NCBI GenBank assembly: GCA_016181935.1
Contig: JACOYI010000005.1
Location: forward strand, 595 to 64,594
DNA: 64,000 nucleotides
Direction of reading: 5' to 3'
DNA from: Candidatus Niyogibacteria bacterium
GTDB lineage: Bacteria; Patescibacteriota; Minisyncoccia; HO2-45-28
Shown here: piece by piece, positions 45,699-55,620 of the stretch
Layout of the letters: each line of letters begins with the position of its first letter
Numbering within the stretch: the first letter of the stretch is position 1
Program-made: the position numbers and the translations under genes
Notes under the pieces: model-generated
Told to the model about the DNA's origin: nothing
The model's input: only the letters and a program-made list of their open reading frames with translations
The model's database searches: none

Positions 45699-47045
45699 AT
45701 GGAATCGCCGAATGAAAAAAAAGTTCCGGTCCGCGATATCATGCCCAATGTCTCCGCAAATGTGCGGAGCGATCACTCTGTGGAATCTTCCGGATCCGCC
45801 TCTGAATTGCCTCGGCGGGCGCGTGCGTCAAGGGCGGAGTTTTTCGCGCGAAAACCCGAACGTCTGCCTGCTTCAGATATGCTAGAAACCCCTCGCCGAT
45901 GGGGCTGGATGGGGGGATTCCGCTTTCCGTGGAAGATCACGGCCGCAAGCATCGGATTTCTTGCGGCGGCGGGGCTTGCGGTCAGCGCTTTTTCAAAGAC
46001 CGTGGTCATCATTACGCCGCGTGCCGAACAGGTCGCTGTCGTCATGACAGTATCGGTCGGCGGATCCGCGGGCCTTGCCGCTCAAGTAGCGAGCGCGGAG
46101 GAAACTCTCAGCATGCGCGCCAAATCGAGCGGAATGGAGGATATTTCGGAACGCGCCACCGGCCGCATTCTTATCTATAACGCGTATAGCGCCCTACCTC
46201 AGGCGCTTGTCCGCCGGACGCGGTTTGAAACTGCGGATGGCAAGGTGTATCGCCTCACCGAGGCCGTTACCGTTCCGGGCGCAACGGTCCTCGATGGGAA
46301 GATCGAACCGAGTTTTGTGGAAGCCGCCGTCGCCGCCGATCTGGCGGGCGAGGCCTCGAACATCGGGATCACGGATTTTACGATCCCCGGATTCAAAGGG
46401 GGCGCAAAATACGAAAAATTTTATGCGCATTCCAAAACGCCGATGACCGGCGGTTTTGCGGGAAGAACCGCCGTTATTCGGGAAGAAGATGTCCAGAACG
46501 CAAAACAATCGCTTGAGCGCGATCTGAAAAATACACTGACAACGCGTTTGAATGAGCGTTTGGGGCAGGGGTTGATCATTCCGGCGGATGCGGCCACCTA
46601 TACGATCGCCGTTTCTTCCGTGGAACCTGCGATCGGAGAACGCGGCGATGCCTTTGATATCCGCGTCACCGGCCAGGCGGCGGCGCTGGCGGTCCGGCGG
46701 CAAGATTTGGAAAAACAATTGCTGGAGCGGTACGGAAAAACCGCACTCCTGTCTCATCCGGAGATCCGCAACTTCGGCGACCTTGCGGTCCGCGCAACAG
46801 CGTCCGACCCCGTAAAAAAGGCGATGACGCTTTCCGTGACGGGCGATATGCAGTTGGTGTGGGGCGTGTCCATGGATGAATTAAAGAAAGGACTCCTGTC
46901 TGCGGCGGGCGTTGCGGGGCGCAACGCGGTTTTCGCTTCCTATCCCCAGATCGAGCGGGTCCGCGTTTCCTACCGGCCGAGCTGGTGGCGGATTTTTCCC
47001 CGATCCGAAGATAAGATCGTCGTGGAGGAGGATCTGGAACTCTAG
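45699..47045 (+). CDS. Hypothetical membrane-anchored protein (448 aa)
   Basis: Single TM (ITAASIGFLAAAGLAVSAF) after a charged N-terminus. Large extracytoplasmic domain with no recognised motifs. Confidence 0.55.
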   Translation: MESPNEKKVPVRDIMPNVSANVRSDHSVESSGSASELPRRARASRAEFFARKPERLPASDMLETPRRWGWMGGFRFPWKITAASIGFLAAAGLAVSAFSKTVVIITPRAEQVAVVMTVSVGGSAGLAAQVASAEETLSMRAKSSGMEDISERATGRILIYNAYSALPQALVRRTRFETADGKVYRLTEAVTVPGATVLDGKIEPSFVEAAVAADLAGEASNIGITDFTIPGFKGGAKYEKFYAHSKTPMTGGFAGRTAVIREEDVQNAKQSLERDLKNTLTTRLNERLGQGLIIPADAATYTIAVSSVEPAIGERGDAFDIRVTGQAAALAVRRQDLEKQLLERYGKTALLSHPEIRNFGDLAVRATASDPVKKAMTLSVTGDMQLVWGVSMDELKKGLLSAAGVAGRNAVFASYPQIERVRVSYRPSWWRIFPRSEDKIVVEEDLEL

Positions 47046-47125
47046 AAGCTGGGAAACTAGAAAGCTAGAACCTGGAAAATCCAGTCCCCAATATCCAGAA
47101 ATCTAGTTTCCAGAGTTCCAGATTC
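47040..47125. repeat. Array of TCCAG/CTGGA pentamer repeats in the spacer upstream of the infA promoter
   Basis: At least 7 TCCAG/CTGGA units at 7-10-nt spacing (…CCTGGAAAATCCAGTCCCCAATATCCAGAAATCTAGTTTCCAGAGTTCCAGATTCCAGG…). Confidence 0.45.
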
Positions 47126-47133
47126 CAGGGGGT

Positions 47134-47162
47134 TGACGTTCGAACCCGTTTGGGATAAGATT
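47134..47162 (+). promoter_or_regulatory. Candidate promoter TTGACG-17-TAAGAT upstream of infA
   Basis: Hexamers with 17-nt spacing, 14 nt before the infA ATG. No obvious SD in between. Confidence 0.4.
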
Positions 47163-47176
47163 GATTTTGTTATTTA

Positions 47177-47398
47177 ATGGCTGCGAAGCACGATGCGAAG
47201 GAAACGAAAGTCGGAACGGTGATCGAAGCATTGCCGGATACGATGTTTCGCGTACAGCTTGACGAAGGTCAAGCCATTTTAACGTATCTTGGCGGCAAGA
47301 TGCGCCACTTCCGGATCACGGTTTTGGTGGGGGATCGGGTCAAAGTCGAAATGAACCCGTATGACCCCGCGCGAGGGCGGATCATTCAGCGTTTATAA
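47177..47398 (+). CDS. infA: Translation initiation factor IF-1
   Basis: 73 aa, S1-like. [19 protein letters not shown]...GKMR...VGDRVKVE. Confidence 0.9.
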   Translation: MAAKHDAKETKVGTVIEALPDTMFRVQLDEGQAILTYLGGKMRHFRITVLVGDRVKVEMNPYDPARGRIIQRL

Positions 47399-47402
47399 AC
47401 CA

Positions 47403-47516
47403 ATGAAAGTCCGAGCATCCGTCAAAAAAATCTGCCAAAAGTGCAAGATCATCCGTCGGCGAGGCCGCGTATGCGTTATTTGCGCAAATCCGAAGCATAA
47501 ACAGCGTCAAGGGTAA
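47403..47516 (+). CDS. rpmJ: 50S ribosomal protein L36 (37 aa; below the ORF-track cutoff)
   Basis: [37 protein letters not shown], with the C-x2-C-x12-C-x4-H zinc ribbon of L36. Sits between infA and rpsM as usual. Confidence 0.85.
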   Translation: MKVRASVKKICQKCKIIRRRGRVCVICANPKHKQRQG

Positions 47517-47528
47517 CAATTTTGATTT

Positions 47529-47915
47529 ATGGCCCGTATTGCCGGCATCGTTATTCCGGATAAAAAGCGCATCGAGTTTGCGCTTCCTTATATTTACGGG
47601 ATCGGACACCGGGCGGCTCAGAGGATCTTGGGAGAAGCGAAGATCGATTTTGGAAAACGCGCAAGTGAGCTCACAGCGGATGAAGTGAATCGCATCCGCG
47701 CCGTTATCGAGTCGCGCTACGCGATCGAGGGCGAATTGCGCAGGCGCGTGGCCGCAAATATCAAGCGGTTGCGCGAGATCAAATCCTATCGCGGCCTGCG
47801 GCATATGAAGGGATTGCCGGCGCGGGGACAACGGACAAAATCCAATTCAAGAACGCGGAGAGGTAATGTGCGCCGGACGATGATGTCGGGTAAACGTAAG
47901 CTGGAAAAGACATAA
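47529..47915 (+). CDS. rpsM: 30S ribosomal protein S13
   Basis: MARIAGIVIPDKKRIEFALPYIYGIG... canonical S13. Confidence 0.9.
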   Translation: MARIAGIVIPDKKRIEFALPYIYGIGHRAAQRILGEAKIDFGKRASELTADEVNRIRAVIESRYAIEGELRRRVAANIKRLREIKSYRGLRHMKGLPARGQRTKSNSRTRRGNVRRTMMSGKRKLEKT

Positions 47916-47919
47916 CCCT

Positions 47920-48354
47920 ATGGGTAAAAAACGCATCATCAAAAAAGCACCGTCCGGCGTCAACCAAGATATGCGCGCGCGTACATTGGCGCGCCTTCCC
48001 AAGATCAAATTGGAGAAAGGCATTTTGCATATTCAGTCGACCTACAATAATACGATCCTGACGCTTTGCGATCCGAAAGGAAACGCCGTGATATCGGCAT
48101 CCGCCGGCGCTTTGGGTTTTAAGGGCGCGCGCAAAGGCACGCCATACGCCGCGTCCAAAGTCGCGGAGGTTTTGGCGGAGAAGGCGAAACTCGTCGGCCT
48201 TAAGAGCGTGGATATCCATGTGAAAGGCGTAGGGGCGGGCCGGGAGTCGGCGGTCCGTTCTTTTTTGGCGAGTGACTTGATATTGGATACGATCCGCGAT
48301 GTGACGCCGATCCCGCATAACGGTCCGAAAGCGCGTAAACCGCGCCGCGTGTAA
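47920..48354 (+). CDS. rpsK: 30S ribosomal protein S11
   Basis: 144 aa. GILHIQSTYNNTILTLCDPKGNAV...GPKARKPRRV. Confidence 0.9.
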   Translation: MGKKRIIKKAPSGVNQDMRARTLARLPKIKLEKGILHIQSTYNNTILTLCDPKGNAVISASAGALGFKGARKGTPYAASKVAEVLAEKAKLVGLKSVDIHVKGVGAGRESAVRSFLASDLILDTIRDVTPIPHNGPKARKPRRV

Positions 48355-48367
48355 TCAAAAAATTTTT

Positions 48368-48982
48368 ATGGTTCGCGTATCCTGCAAAGTATGCCGTCGG
48401 TTGGGATTCTCGGTCTGTGGCCGGGAAAAATGCGCATTTCGGAAAAAACCGTATGCGCCCGGCGTCCATGGCAAAGGATTGAAGCGGTCCCGGCCGTCGA
48501 GTTCCGAATACGGGGCGCAGCTCAAAGAAAAGCAAAAGATCAAATTTTTATACGGTCTCCGCGAGCGGCAATTCAGGAATATCGTGAAAACCGCAACGGC
48601 TACGAAAGGCGTTGAAAATACGCGCCGCATCATGGAGCTTTTGGAGGGACGGCTCGACAATGTGGTGTATCGGTTGGGTTTTGCCCCGACCCGCGCGGCG
48701 GGCCGCCAGCTCGTCGGGCACGGCCACATTATGGTGAACGGCCGCAAGGTAACGATCCCGTCGTTTGAGGTCCGGGTGGGGGACCGCATTGCGATCCGTC
48801 CGCAAAGCGCGGTGAAGGCGGTATTCGGCAATTTGGACATCCTGCTTAAAAAATACGAAGCGCCATCCTGGATCGAATTGGATAAGGGAAAGAAAGAAGG
48901 GGTCATTGCGTCAAAACCGAATGTTACGGATGCCGACCTCGGCGTCAATTCGGGCGTTGTTGTCGAATTTTATTCTCGCTAA
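48368..48982 (+). CDS. rpsD: 30S ribosomal protein S4
   Basis: 204 aa. N-terminal Zn-ribbon-like CKVCRRLG..C and an S4 RNA-binding domain (LDNVVYRLGFA.TR..ARQLV.HGHI.VNG). Confidence 0.9.
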   Translation: MVRVSCKVCRRLGFSVCGREKCAFRKKPYAPGVHGKGLKRSRPSSSEYGAQLKEKQKIKFLYGLRERQFRNIVKTATATKGVENTRRIMELLEGRLDNVVYRLGFAPTRAAGRQLVGHGHIMVNGRKVTIPSFEVRVGDRIAIRPQSAVKAVFGNLDILLKKYEAPSWIELDKGKKEGVIASKPNVTDADLGVNSGVVVEFYSR

Positions 48983-48992
48983 TTATTTTTTT

Positions 48993-49961
48993 ATGGACAC
49001 GAAAATTATTTTGCCAAGTCAGCCGCGCGTGGTTTCGGAAGAAGGCGACAAGGGCGTCTACGAGATCGACGGGCTGTATCCGGGATACGGACCGACGCTC
49101 GGCAACAGTTTGCGCCGGATCCTGTTGTCGTCGCTTCCGGGCGCGGCGGTGACGCGCGTGCGGATCGAAGGCGTTGCCCACGAGTTCTCGACCCTTCCGG
49201 GCGTCAAAGAAGACGTCATTGCCATTCTTTTGAATATCAAAAAATTGCGTTTTCGCATGGTGAGCGATGCCCCGCAAACCGTATCGCTCAAAGCGAAGGG
49301 TTCAAAGATTTTCAAAGCAAAGGATTTGAACGTGCCGGGGCAGATCGAAGTCGCAAATCCCGATCAGGTGATCGTGACGCTCACCGAAAAAGACGCGGCG
49401 CTCGCGATCGATTTTACCGTGGAACGGGGATTGGGCTATGTGTCCCGTTCCGCGCTTTCCCGCGAAAAAGCGGCGATCGGTGAGATCATCCTCGACGCAT
49501 TTTTTACGCCGGTCCGTCGCGTGAATTACGAAGTGGAGGATATGCGTATCGGCGACCGCACCGATTTCAACCGGTTGCGTCTGACGATACAAACGGACGA
49601 CACGATCACGCCGCATGAGGCGCTGGAGGGGGCGATCCGCATCATGATCGAGCAATTGAAAGCGATCGTCGGATTCCAAGAACCCGAAGCGGAGGTCGTC
49701 GTGACAGCGCCCGAAAGCGTGGAAAGCCAAGTTGGGGAAGCGGCCAGCGCGGACGCGGAAGATAAAAACAAGATCCGCGTGGAAGAGTTGGATATTCCGG
49801 CGCGTGTCGCCAATGCGCTTTCGGAGGCCTCCATTCGCACGGTCGGGGGACTCATCCGCCGGTCGAGTGACGATTTGAAAGCGATCGAAGGGATCGGCGA
49901 AAAAGCGGTGGATGAGATTAATAAAGCACTCGAAAAATTGGGCCTGTCTTTAAAGAGTTAA
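48993..49961 (+). CDS. rpoA: DNA-directed RNA polymerase alpha subunit
   Basis: ATG 48993 (MDTKIILPSQP); the listed upstream extension overlaps rpsD and is rejected. N-terminal dimerisation domain and C-terminal alpha-CTD (VEELDIPARVANAL). Confidence 0.9.
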   Translation: MDTKIILPSQPRVVSEEGDKGVYEIDGLYPGYGPTLGNSLRRILLSSLPGAAVTRVRIEGVAHEFSTLPGVKEDVIAILLNIKKLRFRMVSDAPQTVSLKAKGSKIFKAKDLNVPGQIEVANPDQVIVTLTEKDAALAIDFTVERGLGYVSRSALSREKAAIGEIILDAFFTPVRRVNYEVEDMRIGDRTDFNRLRLTIQTDDTITPHEALEGAIRIMIEQLKAIVGFQEPEAEVVVTAPESVESQVGEAASADAEDKNKIRVEELDIPARVANALSEASIRTVGGLIRRSSDDLKAIEGIGEKAVDEINKALEKLGLSLKS

Positions 49962-50007
49962 AAATGAAAACTTTTTCTATTTTAGATTTTAAATTTTAAT
50001 TTGAAAC

Positions 50008-50355
50008 ATGCGGCATAAAAAAATCGGTCGGAAATTCGGGCGGGAGCGCAACATCCGCAAGGCCTTTTTGAAGGGGCTGGTGCGTTCATTTGTTTTACAC
50101 GGCCGGATCGAGACGACCCTGCCGCGCGCCAAAGAAACCCAGCGTCTGGCCGAGCGACTGATGACGGCCGCGCGAAAAGGGACGCTCGATGCGCGGCGCC
50201 GCACTGCGCGCGTATTGGGGCCCGAGGAGACGAAGAAACTTTTTGACATGGCGCCCAAATACGCCGTGCGTCCCGGCGGTTATACGCGCATCACCAAGGT
50301 CCGGACGCGTAACCACGACAGCGCGACCATGGCCGTGCTCGAATTCGTCGACTAA
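50008..50355 (+). CDS. rplQ: 50S ribosomal protein L17
   Basis: MRHKKIGRKFGRERNIRKA...TTLPRAKE. Confidence 0.9.
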   Translation: MRHKKIGRKFGRERNIRKAFLKGLVRSFVLHGRIETTLPRAKETQRLAERLMTAARKGTLDARRRTARVLGPEETKKLFDMAPKYAVRPGGYTRITKVRTRNHDSATMAVLEFVD

Positions 50356-50356
50356 C

Positions 50357-50725
50357 ATGCCCGAACATATTTTAAAATCACAGGAAAAAGTTTCGGTGGA
50401 TGTCGCGGGTCTTGCCGTGGGACGGGCGGCGACCGCCATTGCGACGAAGCTCCGCGGCAAAAACCGCGCGTCGTTCGAGCGGCATCTGGCGCCTTCGATC
50501 ACGGTGGAGGTGAAGAACGCGGACAAAATGAAGATCGCTGAGGGCAAAAAGGCCGGCAAAGTATACACGCGCTACACGGGATATCCGGGTGGCTTGAAAA
50601 AGGAACGCTTGGGCGAGGTGTTCGCGAAAGATCCGCGGGAGGTATTGCGGCGGGCCGTGTGGGGCATGCTTCCCAAAAATAAATTGCGCCGTATTTTTAT
50701 CAAGCATTTGGTTTTTGTTAAATAG
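50357..50725 (+). CDS. rplM: 50S ribosomal protein L13
   Basis: ATG 50357 (MPEHILKSQEKVSVDVAG..GRAA); the listed 50189 start is an out-of-gene extension. GYPGGLK motif. Confidence 0.9.
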   Translation: MPEHILKSQEKVSVDVAGLAVGRAATAIATKLRGKNRASFERHLAPSITVEVKNADKMKIAEGKKAGKVYTRYTGYPGGLKKERLGEVFAKDPREVLRRAVWGMLPKNKLRRIFIKHLVFVK

Positions 50726-50727
50726 AT

Positions 50728-51282
50728 ATGGCCGCCACGAAAAAAATAAAGGAAAAAAAAGTGAAGCCGCTGGAAACCATCGCTGCAGAGATACCTGTTG
50801 CGGTTGCGGCCGTGGAGGCGCCGGTGGGGGTAGTCCCGACCGATCCCTCGGAGATACTCGGGATAAAAAAGGATCCGGCGGTTTCGGTGCGTTCGTTCGA
50901 GGGGTATGTGGGCGCGATCGGGCGGCGCAAAACATCGCGCGCGTCCGCGCGCATCGCGACCGGCAAGGGAATAACAGTAAACCGCAAGGACTATAAAGAA
51001 TATTTCCCGACCGAGGAGTTGCAACTGCATGTGGAGGCGCCGTTCAAGGCGTTAAAACTCACCGATAAGTTTTCGGTTTCCATTCTTGTCGAAGGCGGCG
51101 GCATCCATTCACAAGCGGAAGCGGTGCGGCATGCTATTTCGCGAGCGCTCGTGCGCCACGAACCGGAATTGCGCAAGACGTTGAAACGGCTCGGCTTTTT
51201 GAAGCGCGACCCGCGCGCCAAAGAGCGCCGCAAGTTCGGCCTGAAAAAGGCCCGCAAGGCCCCACAGTGGGCAAAGAGGTAA
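50728..51282 (+). CDS. rpsI: 30S ribosomal protein S9 (with N-terminal extension)
   Basis: C-terminal GGGIHSQAEAVRHAISRAL...KRDPRAKERRKFGLKKARKAPQWAKR is canonical S9. About 50 extra N-terminal residues. Confidence 0.9.
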   Translation: MAATKKIKEKKVKPLETIAAEIPVAVAAVEAPVGVVPTDPSEILGIKKDPAVSVRSFEGYVGAIGRRKTSRASARIATGKGITVNRKDYKEYFPTEELQLHVEAPFKALKLTDKFSVSILVEGGGIHSQAEAVRHAISRALVRHEPELRKTLKRLGFLKRDPRAKERRKFGLKKARKAPQWAKR

Positions 51283-51297
51283 TACAGAAAAGAAAAC

Positions 51298-51335
51298 CCG
51301 CCACACCCCTGTGTGGCGGTTCGCGTTTGGTTAGT
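51298..51335 (+). terminator. Rho-independent terminator ending the ribosomal operon (CCGCCACACCCCTGTGTGGCGG + T-rich)
   Basis: 9-bp stem followed by TTCGCGTTTGGTT. Confidence 0.55.
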
Positions 51336-51346
51336 GCGGTGAGAGC

Positions 51347-51601
51347 TTAGTGCGCCGATTTGAGCCATTTCCAGAATTTCCGGACTGGAAATGCGATGCC
51401 TGCGATAGCGATGAGAAGGCCGCAAAAGTACAAGAACGCGTCCATACCCTGGCCTATGTAGTGCGACTCACCATAGGCACTCAATAAAATGAAAAAGAAG
51501 CCAAAATATACAGAAAAATAAAGCGAAACGCCAAACATTAGAACCAGGAAACAAACTGAAGAGAACCTTTTGGTGGCTTCTTCTTTAGTCATCCTTTTCA
51601 T
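51347..51601 (-). CDS. Small membrane protein (84 aa), unknown
   Basis: Two hydrophobic helices. Convergent with the ribosomal operon. Confidence 0.4.
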   Translation of the reverse strand: MKRMTKEEATKRFSSVCFLVLMFGVSLYFSVYFGFFFILLSAYGESHYIGQGMDAFLYFCGLLIAIAGIAFPVRKFWKWLKSAH

Positions 51602-51673
51602 CGTTTTTCTCTCGGTTGAAGTAACAAATCCGGTTCATTAAACCAAGGATATTTTGAAAAGACAAGCCCTAAT

Positions 51674-51700
51674 TTAGCACTCTTGACACGAGAGTGCTAA
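51674..51700 (+). promoter_or_regulatory. CIRCE operator (TTAGCACTC-N9-GAGTGCTAA) overlapping the hrcA promoter
   Basis: Perfect match to the CIRCE consensus. The 9-nt spacer contains TTGACA. A TATAAT sits 16 nt downstream and ends 8 nt before the hrcA ATG. Confidence 0.85.
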
Positions 51701-51718
51701 TTTTTATAATGGAAGTAT

Positions 51719-52354
51719 ATGATGCTCGAGGCACTCGAACCGCGGGAGGAAAAGATCCTCGATTATATCGTCCGGTTGTATGTCCGGCGGGCGGAGCCGG
51801 TGGCATCGTCCGATGTCCGCAAGGGCCTGCGGCTCAAGGAAAGTCCGGCGACGGTCCGCAATATCTTGGCGGAGTTGGATGAGGACGGGTATCTCGACCA
51901 GCCGTACACATCGGCAGGGCGCATTCCGACGGATCAGGCGTACCGGTATTTTGTGGATTATCTGATGGCGAGCGACATCCGCCGCCGAGCTAGCGCGGAT
52001 ATCCGGTCCATGGCAGATGCGCTGGGAATGCTTGCGATCGCTATGGACGACGACGATACGGATGCCTACGGTCTTTCGTATTTGCTGTCCCAGCCGGAGT
52101 TTCGTGAGCAGTCCGCAGTACAGCGCATCGCGCATTTGGTGGATCATGCGGAGGAGATTTTCGGCGCGTATCGCGATACCGGAGGGCGTGTATTCATCGG
52201 ACAGGAAAATCCGGTGCGCGAGGCGGAGGATTGCAGTGTATTTTACATATCCGATGGGCGGGGCGGCGCTCGGCACGAAGTGTTGTTGGTGGGCCCGACC
52301 CGCGTGAATTATGAGGAAGTGTCCGCGTTTATCCGTAATTTTTTCAAACCATGA
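51719..52354 (+). CDS. hrcA: Heat-inducible transcription repressor HrcA (short, 211 aa)
   Basis: N-terminal wHTH (ATVRNILAELDEDGYLDQPYTSAGRIPTDQAYRYFVD) typical of HrcA. CIRCE upstream and grpE-dnaK downstream. Confidence 0.75.
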   Translation: MMLEALEPREEKILDYIVRLYVRRAEPVASSDVRKGLRLKESPATVRNILAELDEDGYLDQPYTSAGRIPTDQAYRYFVDYLMASDIRRRASADIRSMADALGMLAIAMDDDDTDAYGLSYLLSQPEFREQSAVQRIAHLVDHAEEIFGAYRDTGGRVFIGQENPVREAEDCSVFYISDGRGGARHEVLLVGPTRVNYEEVSAFIRNFFKP

Positions 52355-52935
52355 GGACCGATTCTGATTTGGACGCTGATTTGGACGTCTCACGTCCAAG
52401 TAAAAAAATGGGGGAGGAGGAGTTGGAAGTGGTGGAAACGGGGGATGGCGAGGATTTTGGAACGCGGGACGTGGCGGCCGCATTGAAAAAAGCAAAGCAC
52501 GAATTGAGCGAATGCCGGAAAAAAGCGGAGGAATATCTCGACGGCTGGCAGAGAGCGAAAGCGGATTTCATCAATCGCAGAAAAGACGAGGAGAAGGAGC
52601 GCGAAGCGATGGCGAAGTTTGCGAACGAAAAACTTGTGAAGGATGTCCTGAATATTCTTGACAGCTTGGAAATGGCGGCAAGGGCAGGGGATTCCGGAGT
52701 CGCGAATATCCATCGCCAGTTGGCACAGATCCTGAAGGGATACGGAGTGGAAGAACTATCGGCTGTCGGCGCCGCGTTCAACCCCGCAGAGCACGAAGCG
52801 ATGCTGGAGGAAGCGGTGGAGGATGAATCGAAAGACGGAATGGTGCTCGAGGAATTGCAGAAGGGCTACCGGATGCGGGACAAAGTGATTCGCGCGGCAA
52901 AAGTGAAAGTCGGGGTTTATCAAAAATCAAAATAA
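52351..52935 (+). CDS. grpE: Nucleotide exchange factor GrpE
   Basis: 194 aa. Coiled-coil N-terminus and conserved C-terminal beta-domain (GYRMRDKVIRAAKV.V). Start overlaps the hrcA stop. Confidence 0.85.
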   Translation: MRTDSDLDADLDVSRPSKKMGEEELEVVETGDGEDFGTRDVAAALKKAKHELSECRKKAEEYLDGWQRAKADFINRRKDEEKEREAMAKFANEKLVKDVLNILDSLEMAARAGDSGVANIHRQLAQILKGYGVEELSAVGAAFNPAEHEAMLEEAVEDESKDGMVLEELQKGYRMRDKVIRAAKVKVGVYQKSK

Positions 52936-53097
52936 ATTCATGAATTACGAAATCCATTTTAGAGTACGCTTGAACGCCCAGCGGCATTCAAGCTCCGTCC
53001 TCGGCGCTTTGCTTTTTGGCTCGCTTCGCGAAATTTTAGCCAAAAAGCACCATGCAAAGCGCCTGCGGGGCCTCTAAATGGACTTCGTAATTCATTC
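52936..53097 (+). repeat. Structured palindromic intergenic element, family A, copy 2
   Basis: Same architecture as 4099-4258: TIRs TGAATTACGAAATCCATTTT / AAATGGACTTCGTAATTCA, conserved GGCGCTTTG...CAAAGCGCC stem, inner hairpins with compensatory changes. Occupies the grpE-dnaK spacer. Confidence 0.6.
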
Positions 53098-53115
53098 ATT
53101 AACTAACGAAATATT

Positions 53116-55026
53116 ATGGCAAAAATATTAGGCATTGATTTGGGAACGACGAACTCGGCGATGGCGGTCGTGGAGGGCGGCGAGTCGCGCATCATCGAGA
53201 ACCGCGAGGGCGTGCGCACCACGCCGTCCATTATCGCGGTCTCCAAAGCGGGCGACCGGCTGGTGGGACTCTTGGCCAAGCGCCAAGCGGTGACGAATCC
53301 GAAGAATACGATTTACTCGGTCAAGCGGCTCATCGGTCGGCGATTTGACGACGAGATGGTCCAGCGCGACAAAAAATTGTTGCCGTATGAGATCCGCAAG
53401 GCGGACAACGGCGGCGTGGAGGTCAAAGTGGGTGACACATGGCTCCGCCCCGAGGAAATTTCGGCGATGGTGCTCCAGAAATTGAAGGAAGACGCCGAGG
53501 CGAAATTGGGTGAGAAAATCACGGAAGCCATCATCACGGTGCCCGCATATTTTGATGACGCCCAGCGGCAAGCGACCAAGGCGGCGGGCGAGATCGCGGG
53601 GCTCACGGTGAAGCGCATCATCAACGAGCCGACGGCGGCCGCACTCGCGTACGGACTCAATAAAAAGAAAAACGAGAAAATTGTCGTCTACGATTTCGGT
53701 GGCGGCACGTTCGACGTGTCGGTGCTTGAAATTGGCGATGATGTCATCGAGGTGAAAGCCACCGACGGTGATACGCATTTGGGCGGTGATGATTTTGACC
53801 AGAAAATTATCCAGTGGGCTATTGGCGAATTCAAAAAAGAATCGGGAATCGATGTGTCAAAAGACACATTGGCACTTCAGCGATTGAAAGAAGCGGCGGA
53901 GCGCGCCAAGCACGAATTGTCGGGCGCATCCGAGACCGAAGTGAACATCCCGTATTTGTCGTCCGACGAATCGGGTCCGCGGCATTTCCTGAAAAAAATG
54001 ACGCGCACCGACCTCGAAAAACTGGTGGGCGAATATATCGAGCGCTCCATCGAAATCACCCAGCGCGCGGTGAAGGCGGCGGGATTTGCGCTCACGGATA
54101 TGAACGAAGTGATTTTGGTCGGCGGCCAGACGCGCATGCCCGCGATGCAGGACGCGGTCAAGAAATTGTTCGGCAAGGAACCGAACAAGTCCATCAATCC
54201 GGACGAGGTGGTGGCAGACGGCGCGGCGGTGCAGGGCGGCATCATGATGGGCGATGTGAAGGATGTGCTTTTGCTTGATGTGACGCCGCTCTCACTCGGT
54301 ATCGAGACGCTCGGTGGCGTGTCCACCAAAATCATCGAGAAAAATACGACGGTTCCGGTATCGCGGACACAGGTGTTTTCGACCGCGGCTGACAATCAGC
54401 CGCAAGTGGAAATCCATATTTTGCAGGGCGAGCGCGAAATGGCGAAGGATAATAAAACCCTCGGGAAATTCGTTTTGGATGGCATTCCGCCCTCCCCGCG
54501 CGGCTTGCCGCAGATCGAGGTGTCATTCGACATTGATGCGAACGGCATTCTGTCGGTAAAAGCGAAGGACAAGGGAACACAAAAGGAGCAATCGGTGCGC
54601 ATCGAGGCGTCGAGCGGACTTTCGAAGGATGATATCGAGAAAATGAAGCGCGATGCGGATGCGCATGCGGAGGAGGATAAAAAGGCGCGCGCATTGATAG
54701 ACGCGAAAAACACGGCGGATAGCATGATTTACGCCGCGGAAAAGGCGTTGCGGGACGCGGGCGACAAAGCGCCGGCCGATGTGAAAAAAGCGGTGGAGGA
54801 GGAATTGGCGAAGCTGAAGGAAGTAAAGGAAAAAAGTACGGACGCGGCGGAGATCGAAAAAGCGGCCGCGGCATTGTCGCAGAACCTCTCAAAAATCGGC
54901 GAGGCGATTTACAACGCTGGAAAGCAGGAGGCTGGAGGGCCGGATGCTAGAAAGACGGAAGACAGCCAGTCCAGTCAAGATGAGCCAAAGGACGTTAAAA
55001 GCGAGGATGTGGATGGAAAGAAATAG
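53116..55026 (+). CDS. dnaK: Chaperone DnaK (Hsp70)
   Basis: 636 aa. [19 protein letters not shown]-terminal acidic tail. Confidence 0.95.
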   Translation: MAKILGIDLGTTNSAMAVVEGGESRIIENREGVRTTPSIIAVSKAGDRLVGLLAKRQAVTNPKNTIYSVKRLIGRRFDDEMVQRDKKLLPYEIRKADNGGVEVKVGDTWLRPEEISAMVLQKLKEDAEAKLGEKITEAIITVPAYFDDAQRQATKAAGEIAGLTVKRIINEPTAAALAYGLNKKKNEKIVVYDFGGGTFDVSVLEIGDDVIEVKATDGDTHLGGDDFDQKIIQWAIGEFKKESGIDVSKDTLALQRLKEAAERAKHELSGASETEVNIPYLSSDESGPRHFLKKMTRTDLEKLVGEYIERSIEITQRAVKAAGFALTDMNEVILVGGQTRMPAMQDAVKKLFGKEPNKSINPDEVVADGAAVQGGIMMGDVKDVLLLDVTPLSLGIETLGGVSTKIIEKNTTVPVSRTQVFSTAADNQPQVEIHILQGEREMAKDNKTLGKFVLDGIPPSPRGLPQIEVSFDIDANGILSVKAKDKGTQKEQSVRIEASSGLSKDDIEKMKRDADAHAEEDKKARALIDAKNTADSMIYAAEKALRDAGDKAPADVKKAVEEELAKLKEVKEKSTDAAEIEKAAAALSQNLSKIGEAIYNAGKQEAGGPDARKTEDSQSSQDEPKDVKSEDVDGKK

Positions 55027-55226
55027 CGCTTTCGCATAACCACTTTTTCAACACTGCTCCGATGCTTGAAAATGATAGTCGTTTTGCGCGCGAAATCTTA
55101 ACGCGGTTCCCGTTCCTCCCTTCGGGATTTTCCGACCGCTAATTTCGCTTCAAAACTCCTTCATTTTCAAAGCATCTCCGCAAAGTTTCAAAAGTGGCTA
55201 TGCTTCAGCTCTTGGGAGATAAAAAT

Positions 55227-55547
55227 ATGGCAATAACACTGAATAAGCACGATAAAAAAATTGTTGATAGAGTAAGGGCGACCATTGAAGCTGCTTATAA
55301 ATCAGCAAATTTTCCATCCGCAGTGGCAAAAAGCATTGCGAGTAGGGCGACCTATTTTAGAAACAAAGGTCGTTCGCAAGCGATACGACGGCATCCATTT
55401 GAAGGCATTTGCGAAGCACACAAGAAACCATTGAAGAGGATAGATGCGCATTTGGATGAGATGGGTCCATTGGGATACGATGGACCAGTTAGATGGATTT
55501 GTCCGCTTGCGAATAATAGCGGTAAGAGATCTTGTGGAGAATTTTAA
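55227..55547 (+). CDS. Hypothetical protein on the AT-rich dnaK-dnaJ insert
   Basis: ATG 55227 preceded by GGGAGA. Basic, Cys-containing C-terminus (WICPLANNSGKRSCGEF). Low confidence. Confidence 0.3.
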   Translation: MAITLNKHDKKIVDRVRATIEAAYKSANFPSAVAKSIASRATYFRNKGRSQAIRRHPFEGICEAHKKPLKRIDAHLDEMGPLGYDGPVRWICPLANNSGKRSCGEF

Positions 55548-55548
55548 A

Positions 55549-55600
55549 TGAAAGATTACTACAAAATTTTGGGGGTAGGGGGATTGATTCAAAGTTTATC
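55549..55600 (+). other. Duplicated, truncated dnaJ 5' end (MKDYYKILGVGGLIQSLS*)
   Basis: ATGAAAGATTACTACAAAATTTTGGGGG is 23/25 identical to the true dnaJ start at 56087-56114. Marks the left junction of an insertion. Confidence 0.5.
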
Positions 55601-55620
55601 TTAAGGTAAACTTAGAACAT

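Noticed and set aside
51694-51882. Listed 62-aa ORF starting at the ATG inside the hrcA promoter (MLIFIMEVYDARG…)
   Set aside because: It is out of frame with hrcA and is Gly/Arg-rich. The HrcA wHTH homology is in the frame starting at 51719.
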